From Prasinococcaceae sp. CCMP 1430 (Eukaryota > Plantae > Prasinodermophyta): DNA of 64,000 nucleotides. The notes under the pieces are model-generated. The model was not told the DNA's origin. It saw nothing but the letters and a program-made list of their open reading frames with translations, and ran no database searches. Where the stretch lies: the NCBI GenBank assembly GCA_013416795.1, contig RQSC01000002.1:224603-288602 (forward strand), read 5' to 3'. The translations under genes and the position numbers were made by a program. This document shows, in pieces, positions 22,187 to 32,801 of the stretch (within the stretch, counting starts at the first letter, position 1; each line of letters begins with the position of its first letter).

Positions 22187-23281
22187 TCAGACGTTCTCCG
22201 AGCACTCCGCCTGGCAGGCATCCTGCGACTCGAAGTTGTTGCCATTGCCGCGGCATCCTCCGTAGATGAACTCGACGCATTGCGACCGCGTCGCATCGAA
22301 GCCCCACCGTAGGATCGCAGCGCGGCAAGGCCCGACCTCGAGAGGCAGAGCGCACGTCGATGACACGGAGAGGCGCGCCTCCAGGTTGTCAGTCTGCGCG
22401 GACGCGGGCATTGCGGCAGCCGTCTTGCTCTTCTTCTCGTTCTTCTTCTTGTTGCCCTTCCTTTTGTGCTTCTTCATGCATTTATTCTTTGACTTGGCCT
22501 TCTTGCACAGCTTCTTGATGGCCTTTTTGGCGAGCTTCTTCTTCTTGGACTTCTTCTTCTTGCCTTTCGTTGACTTGGACGCTGTCTCTGACTTCCTCAC
22601 GCCGTCTTCGTTGACCTCGAGCGCCTGCGCGCAGCATTCGTTGCGGCGTGCGCGCGCCATGATGCGTGCGCGTCAGCACAGCGCGAAGGGCTGCACGTCC
22701 GTAGGTGTGGTGGAGGTCCGAAGCGGTCGCGCTCACTTACCGTCTCGGGGCACTCGTAGTCGTCCGAGTAGCACGCAGCAATAAAGTCGCCTAACGGCCC
22801 GAAGTGGCACTCGCTCCGGCACTCGCCCTCCTGCCAAACGCACCCTACTTCAGAGCATGCGCCGCAGTCTTGCGCGAGGGCGCACGTTTCCATTTCCACG
22901 GGACAAGAGCCCGACTGCTCAGGGACCATGTTCGGGGACGAGCGCGTACGAGCGCGCGTGGCGTGCATACGCATACGTGTGAGTGACGCGCGTGCGTGCA
23001 AGTGGCGGGCGCGACGTCTGTGCGCGGTGGTGGCGGCACGGCGTGCATGCGCACAAGCTCACCTTCTCGTAGCACGACACATCCATCACGACGCATCCCG
23101 GCTGGCACCCCGTCGGCGGCTGCCATGCGCAAGGCCCCCCCTTGCTGGCACTGGTGCACGCCTTGCAGTCACTGTACGCCGCGCAGCTGCCGCCCTCCGA
23201 AGCACGCGCGCACGCGCCGCTCCCGCTCGTGCTCACAGCCAGCACTGCCAGCGCCACGAGCTTCGCCGCGGCGGCCAACAT
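22187..23281 (-). CDS. Secreted protein: signal peptide, two Cys-rich (PSI-like) modules, Lys-rich region and BPTI/Kunitz domain; exons 23281-23063, 22914-22741, 22624-22187
   Basis: Signal MLAAAAKLVALAVLAVS; CxxCxxxxxxxxCAW and CGACSEVGCVW modules; CALPLEVGPCRAAILRWGFD...CVEFIYGGCRGNGNNFESQDACQAEC is a canonical Kunitz pattern. Both GT-AG introns are phase 0. Confidence 0.85.
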
Positions 23282-23802
23282 GGCGCGCGCTAGCGCGAGC
23301 GCGCGCGCCCTGACCGCGCGCTGCGTGCGCGTGTGACGCAAGGACAGCCCGTGCTCCACGCGCCGGCGCCGGGCGTGGCCGTGGCCGACCATGCTAGCGG
23401 GGAACCCCGGCCAACCGCACATCAAAAAGCACGCATGCATCGCCGGAGATTTGGGGCAGGCTTGGGGGCGTCTCGGCACGCCCTCAAGCGCGGACGATCG
23501 AGGCCATCACAACGAAGGCCCGCGGCCTTTCCTCCTACTGTAGCTACAGATGCCATCACCCGCACGAGCGCCTCGTCCCGCGCCCGGCCAGAGCGGAGGC
23601 GCTTCCGCGCACATGCACATTTTTCCACGGGCCGGGGATGCGCTTGCTGGGGGGGTGGGGGGGCCAAAGGGGTAGGGCGGGGCCGAGCGGGCGCGGCGGA
23701 CACGCATGTCCAAAATCATCCAGCCGGGGCGCGAGCGCACAGCGTCGCGCGCGTGCGGCCGCCGGCCAGCGGGTGGAGGGCGCCCCGGGCATCCCGCGGC
23801 GG

Positions 23803-23840
23803 GGGCGGGAAAAGTACGGAAAAGTACGGGAAAAGTACGG
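23803..23840. promoter_or_regulatory. E2F-like GGCGGGAAAA followed by three tandem AAAAGTACGG units
   Basis: Read directly; lies in the Kunitz/CFAP20DC divergent intergenic region. Confidence 0.45.
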
Positions 23841-24306
23841 CCCTCAGGCTGGCAATTTTGCGCGCGCGCGCGCGCTCGGGGAACGGAATCCCAGCCTTTG
23901 CTGCCCCTTTCTTCGGTGGAACCCACGATCCGAAGTAGTGCAATACGATATGAAAAATGACAATACGCGTTGGAATCCAGACCCGAATCTGTCTGAAAAA
24001 GCAACACAAAAATGGAGTCCGCGTTGCGCGTGCGCGTGCGACAGACCGTGTGTTTGCGCGAATGCGCGCGCGCGCAGGGACAACGAGGCTGCGAGCGCGC
24101 GCGCGCGCGCGTGGATCCGCAGCGGCAGTTGGCGCAGCCGGCCGCGCGGAGGCACGCTGCTCGGCGCTCGGCGGCGGGCGCGGGGCGGCCGAGGCCGCTG
24201 CGGGCGCAGGGCGGAAGGGGAGCACGGCGGAGGGTGGGTGTGGGTGTGGGGTGTGGGTGTGGGGGTCGCGCGCGCGCGCGCGCGTGAGGGGCGAGGCGAG
24301 GCGCCA

Positions 24307-27300
24307 ATGGTACCGAGGTCTCCCGCCCCTGCGGCAGTGCACGTCGGCAGCCCCGGCATGCGCGCCGCTCGGCCACACGCGGCCTCAGGCGGCGCCAGTC
24401 GTGAGAGGGCCCGCGACAGGGGCCACGGACACACAAACGGCGGCAGCAGCGGAGGTGGTGGCGGCGGCAACAGCAACACCGGCGGCCGCGGGAGTGCGGC
24501 GCAGATATCAACGCCCAGGCGCCGCGGGTCGGCGGGCAGCGGCACATGCGCCGCGCAGGGGATCTTCGCCGGGGTGTACCAGGGCGGCCAGTCGGTGGAG
24601 GTCTTCGCCACGCAGGTATGTGCACGCGCGCCAGCAGCGTGCATGTTTGGTGCCCTGCCGAGTGTCGTTGGGCTTCGGCAGGGAGCACGCGGGCGCGCAT
24701 GAGCGCTGTGTGGCACTCGCAAGGCCCGGCGCTGCCGTCAGCACGCGGGGCTCGACGCCCACGCTGACCCTTCCCCACCCCCCACCCCGCGACCCCCGAC
24801 CCCGAACACCCAACCCCACCCATCAACCCATGCTCACGCCGTACCTGCCTGCCCGCGCCCGTCTGCCCGCGCGTAGGGTCGAAATCCGCTGGCGCACTGG
24901 CGAGTGACGGGCGGCAAGGTGACCAAGGTGTACGAGAAAACCGTCAAGAGCTACGTCTATCACTGTCTCGGGCAGGGGTGCAAGATGCAGCTCCCAGGCG
25001 AGCGCCGTGCGAGCCACCCGGGCGCGAGCGGCCTGGGCCGAGGCGGGCACGCGCCGGCCGTGTGTCTCACGCAGCCATACCTGTGCCTGCAGCTGCTCGT
25101 GCCCGATGGCGCGCACTTCACAGTGGAGCTGATCGTTGCCGACACAGACGGCGGTCGCCACCGCCTCGTGCTGAGCACGTCGTTCGTGAGCCCCAAAACC
25201 ACGGGGCTACACGCACAGATTCCTCTGATCGGGCTGCCTCGGGGGGAGTGGACGACACTCGCAATCCACGTTGCCGACCTGGTGCACGCGCACTGCAACG
25301 GGCACGCCTTGAAGCACATGGAGGGGCTCTCACTGAGTGCGGCGTTCAAGCTGCGCAGAATCTTCACCACGCGCAGGCCGCCGCCGGAGGAGCGGCCCGC
25401 GACTGCTGAGGGCACCACGGGGGGCGTCGCGCAGTGGGCACAGCCGTGGTCGCCCGCGACAGCCGCGGTGCAGGCGGCAATTGAAGAGCCGTTACAGCGC
25501 AAGGATGCCTTCCCGGGCGGCGTCCAGGCGTGGTGTGTCGTTCTAGACGCGCGACGGGTTGCCAATTCCAACGAAGGCTCCGCGGCGGGGACCTACACAG
25601 CGAGCGCGTACGACGACAACAATGAGCGCGGCGGCAGCGCTCACGGCGGGGGTGATGTCGGCGGCGATTCGTTGTCTGCATACGCGTTCGGGCGCCGATT
25701 CCCGAAGCCGGGCAGCCCGAGGCGGAGGCTGGACACTGGGCGCGGCGATCGCGATCGCGTGAGCCCGGCCAACCTTTTCACAAGCAGCCGCACTCGGCTC
25801 GACAGTAGCATGGTCGCGCGGCGAGGCGCGGACGAGGACGACCAGCCGCGTGTGTCGATGACGGCGCCGTCATCACCGCGCAAGCTCACGCGAGGGCTAT
25901 TTAGCCGGCAGGCAAATAGCAGGGCTCAGACCGCGGCACAGCCAAGTGGTAGGGGCTCTCGACCAATGTCTCCACCGAATGCGTACCGAGCCACTACCGC
26001 TCGCCTCGCGGGAAGGCGAGAAAGAGCAAATGGCAGTCTCAGGCGGGAGCTCCTCGCCTCAGTGCGGGGAGGTGGGCACGATGGGAGGGAGGAGTGGTGG
26101 TGGGGTTCACCGGAGCGCACAGGCTCGAGTCGCATGGGGGACGTCGCCGATTGGCGGCGACATGGCGCCGTCTCACAGGTAGGCGTTTTCGAGGCTGAGC
26201 GAGCACGATCCGCATACCTGAGCTCAAACTATGCGGGTGAGGATCCCCGTGAGCGCAGCAGCGGTGTGAGCCTCGCAGCAGCGCCTCGCAATGGTAGCCC
26301 CAAACGCGCCATGCACCGAACCAGGGAGTCGCGCCCCAGGCAATCACCCCCTGCGCGTTTGGGTCGACAGAGCGTGTCAGTGTCACCCCCACGGGGTGCT
26401 GCTTTCGCGCATCTCGCAAACTTCGGCGCCGGCGCGGAGGCAGGGTCTGCCCCACAGCAGCACGCGGATGACATGTCGTTGGTCAACCTGAACATGTACG
26501 CCCGGAGCGGCGGCAGCGATGCTTCGGGGTGGATGGAGAGCGCCGCATCGTCGCGGTACGGTACCCCCAGCAGCGATGTGCGGGCCCATCCGCATGCACA
26601 GGCGGGTACTGCTGTTGGGGGCGGGGAGGAATTGTACGGATTCAAGGTGACGCCAAGGGTTGGCCGGCGTGACTATCGCACGAGCGGCCTGAGCACGACC
26701 GCGCCAGACTTGGAAGGGTTCCCGTCGACGACGATCCCGCGCGACTCGGAAGACGTATCGCCCGCATACTCTCCAACTGCGTCTGCAGCACCGTGGGTAG
26801 TGCCGCCCGCAACGCTCACGCCACGGCAGGGACACGAATCGCCGCTAGCAATGAGCCTCCAGTCGTCCGACGCCACAAACTCGAAGGATTCAAGCGTCGA
26901 GAATGCGCCGCCCGTGGACGCGCGTGCGGGCGAATCTGGTCTTGAGCCGTTGGATCTCGGGCCGGTCGACATTGTTGACGACTCCTCCGGCGATCATGGC
27001 CAGGTCCAAGTCGAGAGCCGAGAGGAAGCCGGCTGTGAGCCGGGGGTGCCAGCCGGTGACACTCTGCAGGTCTCTTCGGCCATCGATGCTGCAGATGCCG
27101 CCCTGGCTGCGTCGATCGCGGCTGCTGTTGCAGACTGCGAGCTGGATGATGACGTGCTGATGGGCGCTGACATCGAGGACCACGAGACGCCTGGCAGCAC
27201 CGGGTAGGAGACTTCGCAGCCGCGCGCGTCCTTGGACCAGCCTTCGCATGAGGCCGACCCCACACCGACCCCAGCGCCAGAAGTGGCATCTGCGCTTGTT

Positions 27301-27906
27301 TCGACCATGCCCGAAATCAATTCACCCCCACCGGAAGACGCAGCCGCACTCGATGCCGTTGCCGACGCCGGACTGGAGAGCGACTTCAACGAAAGCGCTC
27401 GAGCTGAGTGTGTAGAGGGCCCTGCGTCATTCGGGAGCGACCACACATTGCTGGAGCACGAGCCTGATGAGTACGAGACCACCGTGTTCGTCGCGGAGCT
27501 CGATGCCCTCGCCACAAGCCCCGGAGCGAGGGATGCACACAGGGATTACCGCGACGACTCGTCGTATGGACGCGAAAGCAGCGAGAGGCTGGACGACCCA
27601 CGACGCTGGGCCGCACCATCGCCTGTGCCGGCATCGACGCTGCCGTCGGCCGTTCTGCACCGCGCGCTCACGCCGCCCCTGCGGCTGCCGGATGGTGAGG
27701 ACGGGACACTGGCGTCTGAGCCGAGCACGCTCCATTCCGAGCCGAGCTCGGTGACGCCTGGCGAACTCCGATCGCGCAGCCGCAGCCGTCGCGCGAGCAT
27801 CGACGAATACGGCGACGGCGGAGTCGACCTCGTGTACGACCCGATCCTTGCATGCTACTTTGACCCGCGGACCAACGTATACTACGAGCTCGAGGAGCCA
27901 AGCTAG
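24307..27906 (+). CDS. CFAP20DC: CFAP20-domain-containing protein (CFAP20DC/C3orf67-like); intron 24616-24876; in-frame TAG at 27205-27207
   Basis: Spliced N-terminus FAGVYQGGQSVEVFATQ|GRNPLAHW...LTQPYLCLQL...HAQIPL...KLRRIFT; C-terminal LVYDPILACYFDPRTNVYYEL motif. ORFs 24904-27207 and 27232-27906 are in the same frame. Start uncertain. Confidence 0.8.
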
Positions 27907-28106
27907 CTAGAGGCCGACGGTGCGCTTGCTGAGGCGCAATGACACCATCACCTACGCGCGATACTCGACGCGCAGCAGTACGCGCGCTGTCGCACATGGC
28001 CCTCTCTCTACTGGTACTGTAAGAGCCATATACCATAGATTACACGCAGCAAAACGCTTTGCCTTGGCGAGCAAGCTTGCATGCTACCATCCGCGCTCCA
28101 TTTCGC

Positions 28107-28796
28107 TCATCCGTCCTTGCTACTCACACTCGCGTCCATGGCGAAGCCGTGCGCAAAGATGAGGGTGCCAACGCTGATTGCGCCGACGAGCGGCGTTCGG
28201 AGCTGAGGGCTCTTGCGCGTTGCGAGAGCCTGCGACGAAGACGCCCCACGCGCGCAGTCGTCAGTGCGAGCAGCGCTGCGCAGCGAAACGCGTGGAAATG
28301 GGCGTGAGGGCAGCGAACGCGCGCGTGGACAGAGACAGCACCCACCCACGCACCCACCCCAATGAATATGCGGGAGCACGCGTTCGGCCGTATGCGCGCG
28401 CAAGTGTGTACGCTGCACACAAAAATGCACCCATTTGGACTGGCGCGCACCCGCGCCAGCGGCCGCCGGGGCACATCCTGTCGCGCCCTGCATGGCGCCC
28501 GGCACTCCGCCCCACCTCGCACCCCGGCCTGGGGCCGCTCGCCCTCCCACCGCGGCGCCGTGCTGTGCGCGGGCGCGTGTGCTCGCGCGTGTGCTCGCGC
28601 TCGTGCGTACCACAGCAGGGATGAGAGGCGCGAAGGCAATCGGCCAGAGATTCAACCAGTTGATTTCTCTCGGCGCACGCCGCCCAGACGGGGAGCCCGC
28701 GCTCTTTGCAGCCGCAGCAGCGGCGATGGCGGCGGCCGCCGCTGGCGGCGCCTGCTCCGGCCCGGCGCCGTGATCGCTGGGCGCGCCATTGGCCAT
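28107..28796 (-). CDS. Small membrane protein of unknown function (about 102 aa); intron 28230-28610
   Basis: Spliced WPIAFAPLIPAV|ALATRKSPQLRTPLVGAISVGTLIFAHGF resembles a small green-lineage family (AP..P.....R..P..R...FAHG). GTACGC donor and CAG acceptor. Confidence 0.65.
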   Translation of the reverse strand: MANGAPSDHGAGPEQAPPAAAAAIAAAAAAKSAGSPSGRRAPREINWLNLWPIAFAPLIPAVVRTSASTRASTRARAQHGAAVGGRAAPGRGARWGGVPGAMQGATGCAPAAAGAGARQSKWVHFCVQRTHLRAHTAERVLPHIHWGGCVGGCCLCPRARSLPSRPFPRVSLRSAARTDDCARGASSSQALATRKSPQLRTPLVGAISVGTLIFAHGFAMDASVSSKDG

Positions 28797-29239
28797 CGCG
28801 CACGGATGCGCGGCGTGAGCGTACCCGCGCGCAAATGCGCGGGCACGAGCGCAGCCGCGCCCAAGCGAGAGAGCACGTCGGTGGGACGCCGCAACGGGCG
28901 AGCGCTACTGCAGGCGCACGCCCGGTGCGGCGCGTGGCGCGCTCATGGTGTGCCGCGGCCCTTCACGTGCATCTCGGACCTGAACGCGAGCTAAATGAAA
29001 TCTCCGCGATTTTCCGCTCTCGAGCGCTACACATACAATTGCGCGGTGGTCAGCACGCGTACACTCTTGGCAGAACGCGAGGGCATAGCGGCCGAGCATG
29101 CGGGGCATGGGGACAGCACCTGTTGCAGCCACCACCGTGTATTATCATATGTGTGTGCGCTCCGTCACCGCCCCTATTATGCCCCAACGAGCCGCGCATG
29201 CGCCCTTGCCCGCGCGGATGACTACGCACGCTTGCGCAT

Positions 29240-29962
29240 TCATTCGCCCTCGGCCTTGCCCGTCGAGACGATGTTGAGCTGCACGCTCGCGAGCATCGTC
29301 GGCACGGCGGCGAGGACGGGCCCGTAACGGCCGGCGTTGTCGTAGAGCTCGTGCAGCGGCACAGCGACGAGCTTGAAGTTCGTGGCGGGCGCCAGAAAGG
29401 CCTCCTCGGGCATGGACACCAGGTACACCGAGCGGCTTTCCTTAGGCTCGGTCACGTGCGCCGGCTTGAACGGGAAAAGCGGCGACTCGAAGTTGGGCCG
29501 CCACCACGTGCCGAGCTTTGTCGAGCCGTTCACCGACCATGCCGGACCAGCGATTGGCGACTCGGGGGGCGGGTTGAGCTTCGACGCCTGGGGCATGCGC
29601 GTGGCGGGAGTGATCACCGGCCGCGTTGCAATACGCGCGGAGGGCGGCATGGTCAGCACATCAGACACAACGCACCGCCACCGTAGCGTCTGCCCCGAGG
29701 CTCGCGTGGCTCGGCGCACCATAACGCCTGTGGGGCTGAGGGGCTCGGCTCGAGTGAGCGGGCGCACGCATCCCCCCCCCCCTTCCCCCCCCTTCCCCTC
29801 GCCAAGGCGCGCACCCCACGTACCAGCTTGCGCCGAAGACCGTCGAGCTCCGTCTCGCCCGGCTTGAGCTTGCCTCCCGGTAGCCTGAACGTCCCTGCCC
29901 CGTCTCTGAGCAGCAGCACATGTGCGATGTTGTGTCTCGCGCAAAGCAACACGGCGTCGACC
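29240..29962 (-). CDS. CFIm25: Cleavage factor Im 25 kDa subunit (NUDT21/CPSF5), 5'-partial; intron 29588-29823
   Basis: VDAVLL...HVLLL...FRLPGGKLKPGETELDGLRRKL|ASKL...WWRPNFE...HVTEPKE...VAVPLHELYDNAGRYGP. The N-terminal ~45 aa were not found. Confidence 0.92.
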   Translation of the reverse strand, partial: GRRRVALRETQHRTCAAAQRRGRDVQATGRQAQAGRDGARRSSAQAGTWGARLGEGKGGEGGGGCVRPLTRAEPLSPTGVMVRRATRASGQTLRWRCVVSDVLTMPPSARIATRPVITPATRMPQASKLNPPPESPIAGPAWSVNGSTKLGTWWRPNFESPLFPFKPAHVTEPKESRSVYLVSMPEEAFLAPATNFKLVAVPLHELYDNAGRYGPVLAAVPTMLASVQLNIVSTGKAEGE

Positions 29963-30282
29963 CTGCTCTCGCGTGCGGGACGGAAGTGGGAGCGCCGCGG
30001 GCGGTCACGTCAGCGATTCGCGCATGCTCGCATTCCTGAGAGTAGGTGGAGAGCGGCCCACGCCCGCACACGCGCCTGGTTCGGTCGCGGTCCGACCGCG
30101 GGCGGGCCGCGGCGCGCGCCCCGCGGCATTGGGGTCGTGAACGCAACCCCAACACACGCGGGCGCCGCGAGGTCTCATCATAAAACATTACAATGCGGCG
30201 TGGGTGGAGACCCTGGGGTCGCGGCGGCGCGCGGGGGCGACGCCGTTTCGTTGGTTGTCGCCGTTTCGTCGCCCGTTTTCTC

Positions 30283-30320
30283 GCGCGCGCGCGCGCGCGC
30301 GCGCGCGCGCGCGCGCGCGC
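30283..30320. repeat. (CG)n dinucleotide tract in the CFIm25/AMT1 divergent region
   Basis: Read directly; about 19 units. Confidence 0.9.
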
Positions 30321-30401
30321 GGGCTTGTGGGACGGGCGCGGCGGTATGCCTGTGGCACTCTCCGCGCACCCCGCGCCGAGACCCCCCCCCCACCGGCAGC
30401 C

Positions 30402-31829
30402 ATGCCGCTCAACGTGATGCAGCTCGCGCGCTCGGCGTTGGTGGACGGCGAGGACTCCTCCTTGCACGACCGCGACCTCCTGGACTATGAGTTCGACGCC
30501 GCCAACGCGAGCTCGTTCTGGCTGCTCTTCGGCGCCTACCTCGTGTTCTTCATGCAGCTCGGCTTCGCGCTGCTCGAGGCCGGCTCGGTCCGCGCCAAGA
30601 ACACCAAGAACATCCTCCTCAAGAACGTCCTGGACGCGTGCCTAGGCGCCCTCATCTGGTGGTCGATCGGCTACCCCCTCGCGCTGGGCTCCGGCAAGGA
30701 GAACAACTTCATCGGCGCGGGCGACTTCTTCACCTACAAGCGCGGTGCCGACACCGGCTTCTACGCGCTGTGGATGTTCCAGTGGGCCTTCGCCGCGACC
30801 GCCGCGACCATCGTGTCGGGCGCCGTCGCCGAGCGCTGCCGCTTCATTGCGTACCTGACCTACACCGTCGTCCTCACCGGCTTCATCTACCCCGTGGTGG
30901 TGCACTGGGGCTGGTCCGACGGCGGCTGGCTGTCGGCGTGGGACTACGACTACGTCCTCGACGAGGAGGGGGAGGCCGCGGGCACGTTCCTGAACCCCGA
31001 GATGGGCGGCCAGGGCCTGATCGACTTCGCCGGCTCCGGCATCGTGCACATGGTGGGTGGCGGCGCCGCGCTCATGGGCGCCATTTTCCTCGGCCCCCGC
31101 CTCGGCCGCTTCGACGCCGACGGCAAGCCCGTTGATATCCAGGGCCACTCGACCGTGCTCGCGGTCATGGGCACCTTCATCCTGTGGTTCGGCTGGTACG
31201 GCTTCAACCCCTGCTCGACGCTGATGTGGGGCGCCATGCAGCTCGCCGAGAAGGTCGCAGCCAACACCACCCTCGCTGCGGCCGCCGGCGGCGCCACCTC
31301 GTTCCTCCTCGCGCGCATGTCGACCGGCGTCCTCGACCTCCCCCCCGCGCTGAACGGCATCCTCGGTGGTCTCGTCTCCATCACCGGCCCGTGCGCCGTG
31401 GTCGAGCCCTACGCCGCCGTCATCATCGGCGTGATCGGTGGCTTCGTCTACTTCGGCTCGCACAACCTGCTGCTCAAGCTCAAGATCGACGACCCGCTCG
31501 ACGCGTCGCCCGTGCACTTCTTCTGCGGCGCCTGGGGCGTGATCGCGTCCGGCCTCTTCGCCACCAAGGAGGGCGTCGTGCTCGGTGCGTTCGCGAACGA
31601 TCAGTACTACGGCGCCTTCTACGGCGACGACGGCACCCAGCTCGGCATCCAGTTCGCCGGCATGGCGGCCATCGCGCTGTGGACCTGCATCACCAGCGGC
31701 GTCATGTTCTTCCTCCTCAAGTCCGTGGGCATCCTCCGCGTGCCGCCCGAGGACGAGCTCGCCGGTCTGGACGAGTCGCACCACGGCGGCTCGGCCTACG
31801 ACATGGGTGAGGCTCCCGCCAAGGCGTAA
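30402..31829 (+). CDS. AMT1: Ammonium transporter, AMT1 family
   Basis: FMQLGFALLEAGSVRAKN, FQWAFAATAATIVSGAVAER, DFAGSGIVHMVGG, LWFGWYGFNP, IDDPLDASPVH. Strongly C/G-ending codons. Confidence 0.98.
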   Translation: MPLNVMQLARSALVDGEDSSLHDRDLLDYEFDAANASSFWLLFGAYLVFFMQLGFALLEAGSVRAKNTKNILLKNVLDACLGALIWWSIGYPLALGSGKENNFIGAGDFFTYKRGADTGFYALWMFQWAFAATAATIVSGAVAERCRFIAYLTYTVVLTGFIYPVVVHWGWSDGGWLSAWDYDYVLDEEGEAAGTFLNPEMGGQGLIDFAGSGIVHMVGGGAALMGAIFLGPRLGRFDADGKPVDIQGHSTVLAVMGTFILWFGWYGFNPCSTLMWGAMQLAEKVAANTTLAAAAGGATSFLLARMSTGVLDLPPALNGILGGLVSITGPCAVVEPYAAVIIGVIGGFVYFGSHNLLLKLKIDDPLDASPVHFFCGAWGVIASGLFATKEGVVLGAFANDQYYGAFYGDDGTQLGIQFAGMAAIALWTCITSGVMFFLLKSVGILRVPPEDELAGLDESHHGGSAYDMGEAPAKA

Positions 31830-32146
31830 GCAAGCGACTGCCCGGCGCCCCATACAGATTGTGTCGCACACACACAAAAATATCACAGACAAAATATAAA
31901 ACCCACATGTTTTGAACAGCAGTGCACGTGCGCATGCAGCAGGAAGTCTATCGATCCGGCGGCGGCGCTGCCAGCGAGGGCTGGTGCGCGCGCTGTGCGT
32001 CGCTCCTGTACCCGTGTGCCCATGCCGTGCCAGCGGGGCCGGTTGCGTGCCCGCGGGCGCACGACAGCGATTGGTGAGGGTAAGAGTATTACGGATTCGC
32101 GGGCCATACTGGTATGCTGGCCGTGCGCTCGGTGCTCGCCGCGGCC

Positions 32147-32440
32147 TCAGTCGACGAGCTTCAGCTCGCCGCTTGCGATCTGCTCGTCGAAAGGGCCTTT
32201 GCCCAAGCCGTTGGGGTGGGGGTGGTCGGGGTCTCCAGGCACGTACGTGCTGGGCAACGACTTGGGCCGGCCGCCGAGGCCGTAGGACGACTTGCTACCG
32301 ACCCCTACCACGCGCCCGTCATCCTTCCAGCCGCCCTCGCCGGCGTAGCCTTCGGGGTCGACCGACGCCCACAAGTTGGTGTTATGGCCCAGTGCCGCAT
32401 GCAACGAGTTGGGGTGCAGATCCTCAGGGATGCGGGTGAG
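32147..32440 (-). CDS. Terminal exon of an unknown protein (no upstream ATG found)
   Basis: Protein-like Gly/Pro/Asp-rich reading frame (LTRIPEDLHPNSLH...ASGELKLVD*) after a CAG acceptor. No minus-strand ATG in 32441-32800. Confidence 0.5.
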   Translation of the reverse strand, partial: LTRIPEDLHPNSLHAALGHNTNLWASVDPEGYAGEGGWKDDGRVVGVGSKSSYGLGGRPKSLPSTYVPGDPDHPHPNGLGKGPFDEQIASGELKLVD

Positions 32441-32801
32441 CTGCGTGCGCCGGACCGCGTGCGCGTGGTTTGTTCGCGCACGCAACACGCGTTTCCGGGG
32501 GCCGGCGGGCGGACGGGTCAGTGCCTTTGCGTGTCGACGAACCGGCGAGCAAGAGCGACAGCGAAGAGAGAGAAGAGGGGTGGGAGGAGGGCGGCTAGGC
32601 GCACCGCGCGCGCGCGTGGGGTGGGGTTGGACGATGAGATCGCGCGCGGGGACGCAGGGGGAGAGGGGGTGGAGGGGGCAGGAGGCGCGGCGCGCAGGCC
32701 ACACCGCGCACGCGCGGCGCGGCCGGGCGCGCCGAGGCGGTGCGGACGGGGAAGGGACAGGCAGCCAGACCGAGGACTGAGGTGGGAGGTGGGAAGGCGC
32801 G

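Noticed and set aside
23810-23840. AAAAGTACGG repeats as a CRISPR or telomeric array
   Set aside because: Only three 10-11-nt tandem units with no spacers, in a eukaryotic context
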